The position numbers were made by a program, and so were the translations under genes. A DNA stretch of 63,962 bases, the filler included, from Octopus bimaculoides (lineage: Eukaryota): the NCBI RefSeq assembly GCF_001194135.2. It is 6 parts of 6 records of this genome, joined end to end, with 100 filler letters (N's around TTAATTAATTAA, not from the genome) between each part and the next. Parts side by side here need not be neighbours in the genome. Positions count along the whole stretch, not along the records: positions 11,659 to 28,216 come from NC_068989.1; positions 28,317 to 41,236 come from NC_068981.1; 4 more parts are not named here. One strand, 5' to 3'. Below, in pieces: positions 24,556 to 36,000 of the stretch (the stretch's first letter is position 1; every line of letters begins with the position of its first letter). The notes under the pieces are model-generated. The model did no database searches and was not told where the DNA came from. It worked only from the letters and a program-made list of their open reading frames with translations.

Positions 24556-25984
24556 ACATTTGTAAAACAATATAAACCTAAAGAAAGCCCTCAGTAAAAA
24601 TATAGACCAGCAATATATATATAGAGAGAGAGAGGGGGGGGAGAGTATAATGTGTAGTTTTCAGCTGGAATGTAAAACGCTGAATCTCGGTTTCGCTTTT
24701 CAGAGCAGTTGTAGTTTGAAAAATGCACAGATTTAGGTGGAGAGATGGAGAAAAGGAGAGAGAGGGAGAGAGAGGGAGAGAGAGGGGGAGAGAGAGAGAG
24801 GGAGGGAGAGAGAGAGGGAGAGAGAGAGATGTACAGATGTGTCTTACAAGCAATGACATACAGCTTTGTGGTGAATTTGCTTCGCAACGAAATGGTTTGG
24901 GTTTCAGTCCCGCTGCAAGGCACTTTGTGCAGAAAAGTTTTACTATAGCCCCGGGCTTAGCAATGCTTTATGGATGAATTTGGTAAACACAAACTGTGTG
25001 AGAGTCCGTCGTATATATCTGTGGGTTTGTATGTGTGTGTGCGTTTTTGAGTTTGTTCTTGAACAACCGGTATTGGTTTGTTTATGTCTCCACAACATAG
25101 CGGTTCAGCAAAACGATCTGATAGATTAAGTACCAGGCTTCAAATACTTACAGGGATTGATAAATCGATCAGTATTGACCCCTACAGTTCTATGCGGCTA
25201 TCCAGGGGATCGACAAACACCCGAAACGATCTTCTGTTATTCGGGGTACTGAAATGTGAATGAATTGTTCGTCTCAACATGAATAAGATTCGGTTTTAAA
25301 AAGATCCATCAGAAATAAGATGTGGATGGAAATGCAAAATGCCTTATCAGGTTGCTGCCATAAAGGATGAAGCGCCAACAGGCTGATTGGCGGAACAGTT
25401 AAGAATTACAACAAACTTTTCATAAAGACATCGTAAAAGAAGGGCAGAAATGCTCATCTAGCATTCTCGCCACCGCGTTCAATGATTTTCGTCTGCTATT
25501 GATACATTTGTGTTTTTAAACACAGCACGTCCATAAGGCATATTATCTCCGGTCGAATACCGAAGTTAAATTTGCATATGACGATTTATTTACGTTACCT
25601 ATGATACACAGACGTCTATAAGTTTTCAACTATCACATAGAGTCTTCCAGCAATAAATAACCAACAATACACTCCAACATCACTTCATCCTGAAGATGAG
25701 GCTTAATATAGAAGGTTAAATTCAATGGTTGAAAGCAGTTAAAGAATAAAAAAGCAATATCCACAAACATGCCAACAGACATAGGGCAGGGTGTCTAAGG
25801 TGAAACATGGTGAGTAGAAGACCTTGATTAAGTGAGATTATCTGGGCAATTAGTCGACAAAAATTTCTCTGTGGGGTGTTTAGGGAGATAAACAACATGT
25901 AAATAAATGCGTAGGGTGGTAAATAAATATTTGATCAGATATAGGATCTGAAATCGGACGGACGGACTGACGGACAGGCGGACG

Positions 25985-26033
25985 GGTAGGGAAGGGCTAG
26001 GGTTAGGGTTAGGGTTAGGGAAGGGCTAGGGTT
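25985..26033 (+). repeat. Short interstitial telomere-like G-tract array
   Basis: gggtagggaagggctagggttagggttagggttagggaagggctaggg. Confidence 0.8.
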
Positions 26034-26244
26034 TGGCAAGGATATGAAAGAGTTGATGAAGTGATAACGTGATGCTGTGTCAGCTGATGTAACTGTCTAT
26101 CAACAGATCACATCGTGAAGAGGGGAAAAGAGAACTGGAAATATATGAACGGCTACACCCCATACACACAAGCACATATACACTCGCACGCATACACACA
26201 TACATTCATATGTACATATATGCACATACATACATTCATATACA

Positions 26245-26302
<58 letters not shown>

Positions 26303-26671
26303 TGTATGTATGTATGTATGTATGCGTATACACGCATATATAAAGAGAGGGGGACGGAGGGTGAGTGAGAGAGATGGAGAGATAGAAGTGTATATGTGTG
26401 CATATGTGTGTGTATGNNNNNNNNNNNNNNNNNNNNNNNNNNNNNNNNNNNNNNNNNNNNNNNNNNNNNNNNNNNNNNNNNNNNNNNNNNNNNNNNNNNN
26501 NNNNNNNNNNNNCCCATTTCTAACAAAACTGTCCGATGAACGGGAACGTGAAACTCCGAGTAAAAGTTTTTTGTTATATTTCTGCTGCTTTTAAATAAAG
26601 CATGTTACTCTACCTCTGGTATTTGAGTACTCTTTTTACCACCTTGTTGCACATTTATGTACTTACTCCGG

Positions 26672-26740
<69 letters not shown>

Positions 26741-27133
26741 TAAAAAGTGGGAGAGAACGTGACTTTTACCGGAGTATAGAGGTTTACCAATAGTGAAATA
26801 AATCTCTTTTTCTTAGCAGAAAGTAGGCACAGTAGCCAAACCCTTCATAACGATATACCGAAAGTTGTATCGGGTGGTACACCAATACATACATATACAT
26901 TCGACTCTTTCTCGGTTGGCAAGAAATCTTGAAATGAAACTGAATAATGGCATACATACATGCATACATACATGCATACATACATACATACATACATATA
27001 CTCATATATGTATGTATGTATGTATGTACGCTTCAGTATCAAATTACAACTCAAGTTTCGCCATTTCATGGCACATCAGGTACTTACCTGACGTACCATG
27101 AAATAGCGCAACACTCGGTGTAATGTTTATACA

Positions 27134-27176
<43 letters not shown>

Positions 27177-27614
27177 ACGCGTATATATATTAATTTATAT
27201 GTTAATTTTATATTAATTCATTAACATGCATATACATGTGTGTAGTCGCAAACACAAACACACGTGAATTACAAAAAGAAGACATCCATTTACGATAGAG
27301 TTAATTACTTCTCCTATACTGGAGTTTCCCTTCGTCGTAAATTTACCAGAATTCTCGTTCCAGTCAGAGATTAAACTGTGTCAGACGCTAATTGGTCCAC
27401 ACTATCTTTGCTGGTGGTTATTCTTGGAGGATATGAGAGAAGACGAAATCGCTAAGGTAATCCAGGACAAATACATTCATAATAGTTGCTTCTATGGGTG
27501 TTGTAATCTTTATGTCCACATGTCGTAATCGGTAATATGACTACCGTGCAAGTGAGGAATACATAGTTCGACTCCTTATATATATATATGTGTATGGCGC
27601 CCCCATGACTTGCC

Positions 27615-27657
27615 TTGGAAGTTTGATAAGCGTAAGACGCGAAACCGGTACACCCAG
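27615..27657 (+). ncRNA. Minimal type-I hammerhead ribozyme-like motif (U3-A8 core variant; helix I imperfect)
   Basis: TTGATAA-GCGT(AAG)ACGC-GAAA-CCG-GTA: core, 4-bp helix II, palindromic helix III ACCGGT and a GUA cleavage triplet. Confidence 0.45.
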
Positions 27658-28074
27658 TTTATTATATAATGTTATAATCCAACTCTTTGTTCCATTATGA
27701 TCTTAATATTAGCTTGAATTTTATTATACAAAACTCCTGTGCGTTTTTACATATTTCTCTTTCTTAAATATCTGCAACCACGTGTAAACAAGATCTGACG
27801 TGGTACGTACGAACGCCGATGCGCGTGTGTACGTACGTGTGTAGGCGTTCATGCGCTCATTTGCGAATGCCAGACACGCTTGTACATATATGTACATTAT
27901 AGACAGATAGATATACACTAACACTCACACATACATACATGCATGCATGTTTGCGTACATACATACGCAAACACAAACACAAACACACACAAAAACAAAT
28001 CCGTATGTTTCTGAGTATATCTATGTACCCTTTTGTATTATGAATGCATTTGTGTGTTGTGTATGTGTATATAA

Positions 28075-28120
<46 letters not shown>

Positions 28121-28480
28121 GTGTGGATGTATAACTTTATCAATAACACTGTCATGCTTATCTTTAGACTACATCTATGTTGAAAGTTGATGGAACTTGT
28201 TTTTTTTCCGGGATACNNNNNNNNNNNNNNNNNNNNNNNNNNNNNNNNNNNNNNNNNNNNTTAATTAATTAANNNNNNNNNNNNNNNNNNNNNNNNNNNN
28301 NNNNNNNNNNNNNNNNACACACACACACACACACACACACACATCAGTGCCTAGTTCGAATAGCAACAGTTTCCTCTTATGAAAAAGCCATAAGGAAAAA
28401 CATTTAAAAAATCAGAGATTTACCATTTGTCAGTTCACAAAATAAGACTGCTAACTTTACTCCAAAGCAATAAGGAAGTA

Positions 28481-29041
28481 AAGTGATGATTTGTTGCCAA
28501 CTTAATGTGGCAGTCCCAGGAAAGCGAAGAATGCTACTGCTACTAAGCCCCAAGAAACACCGTTTCTAGTTGGCTACGTAACACAAGCGTTCTGTGTCCT
28601 TAAGTTTTCAAACAGGGGAGATAAGCACCTCTACCCAACAAAGCCAGCATCCAGAGATTAGTTTTAGTGTTGTTACTTTTCATCAGTCTGGAGTAGCTTG
28701 GCCTATAACTCTCTCTGAGAAATTTAGAAATGCAATATTTCTAAGTTTGTAGATCACTGAATTTATTTCACCTCAAATTCTATAAGTTTTCAATAGCGAT
28801 TTAGCACCGACAGTCAGCAAGGCCAACTACACCAGACTCATGAAGAGCAACAACTCTGAAACTAGTCTCTGGATGCTGGCTTTGTTGAGTGGAGATGTTA
28901 ATCTCCCGTGTTTGAAACTTAAAGACACAGAATGCTTGTGTTACGTAGCCAAATAGAAACGATGTTTCTTGGGGCTAAATTTCAGTAGCATTCTTCCCTT
29001 TCCTAGCACTATCACATTACGTGGGCAACAAATCAACACTT
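28481..29041. mobile_element. Fold-back element with ~220-bp inverted arms (28481-28703 and 28821-29041)
   Basis: Direct reverse-complement match, e.g. tggctacgtaacacaagcgttctgtgtc versus gacacagaatgcttgtgttacgtagcca. Confidence 0.85.
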
Positions 29042-29109
29042 CATCGTGATGCTACTGCTCTGAGAGATTTAGAAATGCAATATTTCTAATAAGCAAGTAG
29101 AAAATTATA

Positions 29110-29332
29110 TAAGGCGGCAATGCCTCTTTACTACAGGCACTAAAGCGGCACTGCCTTATTACCACAAGCAGTAAAGCTTTATTACTACAAGCACTAATGC
29201 AGCAATGCTTTATTACTATAATTACTAAAGTGGAAATGCCTTATAGTAATAAGGTGGCAATGCCTTATTACTACAAGCAATACCTTATTACTACAAGTAC
29301 TAAAGCGGAAATGCCTTATTACTACAAGCATT
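29110..29332. repeat. Degenerate minisatellite, ~32-bp unit (aaagcggcaatgccttattactacaagcact-like)
   Basis: About 7-8 full or partial units, visible as recurring gccttattactacaagca. Confidence 0.8.
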
Positions 29333-30598
29333 CAGGCAACGAGCGGAATCGTTACCGCAGGAGACAAACTGTTTAATAGCATTTCTTCTGGTTTTACGTT
29401 CTGAGTTCAAATTCTGCCGAAGTGGACTTTGCTTTTCATTATTTGGGGGTCGATAAAATACTTACCCGTTAAGCACTTGAATCGATGTAATCAACGAGCC
29501 CCACCTCCTCAAAATTTCAGGTCTTGTGCCTATAGTAGAAATGATTAATACAACTAGTACTCCTTTCCACTATTCAATAACTATAAATATCTAACAGGAC
29601 GCAAACTTAGAATTCGAAAGAAATTTAGATATTTCGCATGGTATTTAGTCAAGCATTCTGGATTGCACTCACCCCACTCTTGTAACACCCGAAATAATAA
29701 AAGCGGCAGATTTTAATGAGAAAATAAAGCAAAATTACAAAAACATGAAATGAATTTATTCGGATTATTTTCTGAACTAAAACGGTTTTCATTATAATGA
29801 AACATTACACGGACTTCCATATTACTGACAACTGATACTGTTTTCCATCATAATATTTTGTTTAGAAATAGAATTAAAACAACTTCAATAATCGCTGGAA
29901 TATATTTTAAGCACAACGCATGGAAATGGAATTGAATTATATTCAATATTTTTTATAGTTAAAATAGATAAAAATACGCTAAGGAAATAATTATAATAAT
30001 CTTGTTTGGTAACATTATATCTAACAGAAAACAATTTTCCATGCAGGTTTTAGCAAGTTTATGTAATCTGTAGACAGCATCATTTCTAGTATATATTTTG
30101 CTCTAATATGCGCTGGTAGAATGTGATTTGATAGAAATTAGGATTTTATTTATAATGTGTTGATCTCTGGTGTCATGTGCATAATAATCTGTTTCGATAA
30201 ATATTTCAGTAAGACGGCGATGTTTTACAAATAGTTATTTGCCTTAATCCTAACATCAAGATGAATTCCCAGCTCAGCAAAGTAGCATCACAAAAGAAAG
30301 GCTCTTCTAGGGGTGAACGATAAGTTGTATATGGTAATATGAATATCTGTTATATTTTACTTGCATCAGTCACTACACTGCGACCACAATGAAGTATAGC
30401 CTTGAAGGGATTCAGTGGAACGAGTCTACAACAGTACTTCACTTTTTAAAACCTTGTACTTATTCTATCGTTTTATCTTGACAAATCGCCAAGTCACGGG
30501 GATGTAAGCAGACCAACAAAGGTTTTCAAGCGACGGAGGGTAACAAACAAAAGACTCTCTCTCCCTCTCTCTTACACACACACAAACACACACACACA

Positions 30599-30652
<54 letters not shown>

Positions 30653-31634
30653 NNNNNNNNNNNNNNNNNNNNNNNNNNNNNNNNNNNNNNNNNNNNNNNN
30701 NNNNNNNNNNNNNNNNNNNNNNNNNNNNNNNNNNNNNNNNNNNNNNNNNNNNNNNNNNNNNNNNNNNNNNNNNNNNNNNNNNNNNNNNNNNNNNNNNNNN
30801 NNNNNNNNNNNNNNNNNNNNNNNNNNNNNNNNNNNNNNNNNNNNNNNNNNNNNNNNNNNNNNNNNNNNNNNNNNNNNNNNNNNNNNNNNNNNNNNNNNNN
30901 NNNNNNNNNNNNNNNNNNNNNNNNNNNNNNNNNNNNNNNNNNNNNNNNNNNNNNNNNNNNNNNNNNNNNNNNNNNNNNNNNNNNNNNNNNNNNNNNNNNN
31001 NNNNNNNNNNNNNNNNNNNNNNNNNNNNNNNNNNNNNNNNNNNNNNNNNNNNNNNNNNNNNNNNNNNNNNNNNNNNNNNNNNNNNNNNNNNNNNNNNNNN
31101 NNNNNNNNNNNNNNNNNNNNNNNNNNNNNNNNNNNNNNNNNNNNNNNNNNNNNNNNNNNNNNNNNNNNNNNNNNNNNNNNNNNNNNNNNNNNNNNNNNNN
31201 NNNNNNNNNNNNNNNNNNNNNNNNNNNNNNNNNNNNNNNNNNNNNNNNNNNNNNNNNNNNNNNNNNNNNNNNNNNNNNNNNNNNNNNNNNNNNNNNNNNN
31301 NNNNNNNNNNNNNNNNNNNNNNNNNNNNNNNNNNNNNNNNNNNNNNNNNNNNNNNNNNNNNNNNNNNNNNNNNNNNNNNNNNNNNNNNNNNNNNNNNNNN
31401 NNNNNNNNNNNNNNNNNNNNNNNNNNNNNNNNNNNNNNNNNNNNNNNNNNNNNNNNNNNNNNNNNNNNNNNNNNNNNNNNNNNNNNNNNNNNNNNNNNNN
31501 NNNNNNNNNNNNNNNNNNNNNNNNNNNNNNNNNNNNNNNNNNNNNNNNNNNNNNNNNNNNNNNNNNNNNNNTATATATGCATATATCCATACATATATTT
31601 ACATACCTACCTCTATATGCATACATACATGCAT

Positions 31635-31790
31635 ATATGGGTACAGGACATAAAAAAAACGTTAAACACAATGAGAAACGAAAACATAGAAAACGAACAC
31701 CTTTCGAAGAACGAAAAAAAACAGAGAAACGAATCATGCAACAAAAAGAGTATACCCCTTCGTCAGTTGTCCCTGTTCCGTCTACTCCGA
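31635..31790. repeat. Dispersed repeat, family D (atatgggtacaggac...aatgagaaacgaaaacata...cccttcrtcagttgtc)
   Basis: Homologous pieces at ~4712-4862, 6600-6660 and, reversed, ~43190-43260. Class unknown; possibly Penelope-related. Confidence 0.7.
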
Positions 31791-31849
31791 ATGCACTCTC
31801 ACAGTGCCATGCAAAGTGATCCATTAAAGTGTTATGCATAGGTTCCATT

Positions 31850-32030
31850 CGCAACTTTGCCAGCAGTAGTGGTGTGCAGGTCTCCCACCTTGAGTCGCAA
31901 TCCTATTTTTGACATCGAGGTATCCCTGCTGGACATTTGCAGTCCGCTTACCATCCCACTGCAACTTTCGTTTCACTTCTGTCCCGTTGCAATGACCATT
32001 TTCCAGTTTTAGATTCTGGAATATCATTAT
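31850..32030 (-). mobile_element. Helitron-like PIF1 helicase fragment (decayed)
   Basis: MIFQNLKLENGHCNGT resembles the RNL....GLCNGTRL motif of Helitron/PIF1 helicases. Confidence 0.55.
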
Positions 32031-32049
32031 AAGTAAAACATTTTTTTAT

Positions 32050-34300
32050 GTTACAAGATATATGACGTGTTTCAGATATTGATGAATTATATCGAATAAT
32101 GTATCTCCTTGTCTACTTTATCGAATCCCATATAAGGTTTCTCTTGGACAAGAAAACATCGCATAATGTACTCGGCGATATGCTGACACTTCACTGGTAG
32201 GAGAAAAAATGGCCTGATCAAATCATCTTGCAGATTGTTATTTTCCTTTATATTTTTCTTAATTTCTTTCGTTAGTTTCTTTTTTGTCTTTTCTAAATTT
32301 TCGAAAACATACTTCCCCTAGATACTCATTCATAATTTGTCCACTTTTATTATCCTGAATGGAATGTCACTATTGACGGTGTCACTGTTGGTGGCGATCA
32401 CTCGCTGACTGACCTTCAGCACTCGGCTTTCCACTTAGAGATTGCTTAAATGTTGACTGAACAATTTGTTCTCTATCTCAATGCTTGATCAGAAACGATG
32501 TATGTTTTCAATCATCCGTCAGGAGTACAGTCATTTTGACGAATTATTGCTCACTGCTTCTGATATCTTGTGGTCTACGATCACTGGATTCAATACTTTG
32601 ACTGACCTATGATGATGATTTTATCAATTACCAAAAAGTCAACCTGTTACAATAAATTTCTCTCGGTATTATGCTTAGTGAAAGAGTATGTCTAACTATC
32701 AATTACATTAGGTGCGCGCTGACTATCCTTCGTTCAGGACAGTGACTGCAATCTCAAACAGTGATGTGGCAAACGCATTGATTTTTATCTCTGAGGATGC
32801 AGGTAGTCAAGAGGTGTGCTGATAAAGTATGTCTTGCTGGTATTACCACTTGTGTTTCGGGACATGTTTCCTCAATTCTTAACTGAACCCTTTATTTAAA
32901 AAAACAACTACTGTTCGAGATTTCATATTGACAGCAACTATTTTATATGCACGTATCAAATTCCTTCTTCCTTTTATTACTCAGGATACTAGACAGCCGT
33001 TATCATTCTACGACATATGGACCTGTCTGATACATTCTGAAGATGAAATGCAAGTCTAATAGATCGAGCTGTCACCGTGCACACATTTTAAGATGAACTA
33101 CGTCACATTGAGTTCCGATATCTCTGTGCCTTTGACTTGGCATATGATGTTTTCAACTATCATGTATTTGTGTCTGTTCCAAAATGACTCATTCCAAAAT
33201 GACTCTTTTAGGGGAGATTACTATTGTCGGTCCTCTTTAGTCGTAATTGTCAGCCATTGTTAAAATGTAGGACATTCAGGACATAAGGGTAGTCACTCAT
33301 AAACTAGGCGGACCTTCCTTTCTTTCTGCTATTATTTCGAACTGCATCACAGCATCAAAGTTATTAATCATCTGTCACTAGTATGATATTTTCTATTTAA
33401 AAAAAATAAAACACTTAAGCAAGTTTTATACTGTACAATGGGCAGCAGATGACATGATCCAGATATCTGCAAACGGCAGTTTCAAAATCAGCAATGTAGG
33501 TGTTTGTGCAGAGAAACATGTTAGCTTCTTTTATATATAAGGAGTTTTGCAAGTCCTGGAGTATTCTTGATTCGTTACCAAAAGGGTGTGCTATCAAACA
33601 TTGTTATGGTGAATATGGAATACTTTCGGCTTCACTAAGATGGTTAATATCTCAATGTACCGCTCGCTATTTTGTTTTAAGTGCAACCATATATGAGAAA
33701 ATCAAAGAGATTGACGTTCTTGTTATCTCTTCAAACAAACAGTGTGACACTGTGTCGATTGTTGGCCCTTAAAATTCTAAGTCTTTGTAGATGAGATATG
33801 ACACTACGCTGACACTGACTAAGCCTTTATTTCCTGATTATAAATATACGCCACGTTTCTTCTACTGACACCATACTGGACAAAATAAAACGCGTTTATA
33901 TCGGTTTGAAATGCCTGCAGCGTATCGAACATTCACAATATGTTCTTGAAATTACCTGTCAGGAGTCGTGGAGCCCACTTTCCACATACTTTTCGATACT
34001 CGAAGATTTCCACCATCTTCTGTAACGCAATTTGACCACTGAGAAAATCAGTTGTCAGCTCGAATGAATTCGTCAATTTTGATGTTTCCGCTTTAGAAGT
34101 TGCAGTTAATAGTCTCCCAATTCAAGGTTTCCTCTCTTCTGGTATTCCCATCAAATTGCGTATGGCGATGATGCGTGTACATTTCTAATAACACTGATGT
34201 CATCTCAGTAAACAGCTTGTTAAGACGAGGGTGTTGGCACACTTCCTTCAAAGATAATCCAATGTCGGCACTTTGGCTCTGCTTGGAAACCATTATTTGA
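32050..34300 (-). mobile_element. Ancient, highly decayed RTE-like LINE (APE endonuclease through RT)
   Basis: Motif remnants occur in the expected order on the minus strand: YLDHVI (33460s), SDR.LI (an SDH-like motif, ~33380), then GFDKVDKE (an AFD.VD.E-like motif, ~32120). Many stops. Confidence 0.5.
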
Positions 34301-35901
34301 CCTCATGGAAGAGCACAATGAAAATTTATTAAAAACTAACATTTAAAATTTGGACGACTTACGTTGTTATGTCAAATATACAATGTTTTCGATAAAACAC
34401 TCGTGTGTGAGTGCGTATGTGCGTGTTATTATTATTAATATCTGCATCTTTTTACACTCCAATACTTGCATCTACCGACTGACCCCTATTCTCTTTCTCA
34501 ATTCCCCTCCTTAGATCAGCATTTCCACCTGATTTCTAACCCTCCGTCTTTTTCCCCACTATTTTTTCTCCCGTCCCTCCGCTTCTGCCATTCTTTTCTT
34601 CTAATGAAAACCAAACGTCTGAAAAGTGAAAGCGTTTACTGTTTCCCTTAAAACAAGCAACTACTATACTTCTCAAATGTAGTTATTCCCCTATTAATTT
34701 CTAATGCATATTTTCTTCAAACCATATTTTAAAGCTTACTTTTCCATTCGAACTCGGAACTCCACCCTCTAACTATATGCTGGATTATCACCCGTACTAT
34801 TTTAGGTATTTCGTATTATTCCTCATTGCTCTGCACGACTTTCATTACATATATTCGATTTATATTTTATTTCTATGTAGCTGTGATTCTGCCACACTAC
34901 GATTTCGAACGTCTTATCATCAAACCTGCAATTCAGATCAAATTTTCGATATGGTTCTTTTTTATGCGTTTGCAGTGAGGTCGATCTTGTTACTTCTATT
35001 GAACCAAAAACACTGTGATATAATGTTTATTGCAAATTATTGTGAATTGAAAATATGAAATTAAATTACATTTGTAGTTATACTAACTGTTATTGGACAT
35101 CTTAAAACTTGAATTTCTATGTAATGTTTTTCTTGCCTCTGTATCAACTTAGCTCTGCATCCTATGCGGGAAGATAAAGTAACTATCGTACAAATAGGAA
35201 TTCGATTTACTCAACTTCATTCTTCCCTATAAATCTGTGGCATTATAATAATGTGAATCAATTTTTATTAAATAATATTTTATGGAATAGTGAAAAGCGA
35301 TGGAATTTGTATCTCTTGTGTAACTATTTGGTAAATGATCGAATATTATCCAACGTGTTATCTGATTCATGCGCCTTGGGAACTACCAGTAGCGATGAAA
35401 TTAGGGATTGTGTGTGGAAGAAGTGAACAAAGGCCGATAGGAAAATATTGATTAAAACTATGAACCGATGATTATAAAAGGACAAATGGACGTTTTATTT
35501 ATTTTGTGTTGATTTTTGATTTAAAAAGATGTCATTAAAACAAACAAGTAATTTTCCATATAAAGACACGAGAACATTAACTGTTTTCAGCTTTGGTTTT
35601 CAAAGAGTATTCCAGCTAAATTGAATAAATAAGTATAAAGCAGATTTGAAATCACATTGCGTGTCCATGACCTCTAACGATCTCTGCTACATGAGCCATA
35701 GGTTATATACAGGTCAAATTTCTAAATGTTTGTAGAACAGCAGAAACCATGGAAGGCTGACTTAACGATTACCATGTTTTGTCTCTATACGCTTAAGTGA
35801 GGTCAATCTTTTACTAATAGCCCTGCATAATTTATTGAACATGAGTATGCAATTGATATTTATGTACCTCTGTAGACAAGTCATACATATAGTTAACATG
35901 C

Positions 35902-35951
<50 letters not shown>

Positions 35952-35965
35952 ATATNNNNNNNNNN

Positions 35966-36000
<35 letters not shown>

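Noticed and set aside
25688-25745. CTGAAGA...GAAA hammerhead-like motif resembling a Penelope terminal repeat
   Set aside because: Helix II does not close next to GAAA and helix I is unsupported.
27433-27456. ATG...AAG|GTAATC mini-exon (MREDEIAK)
   Set aside because: Too short to distinguish from chance, with no supporting context.
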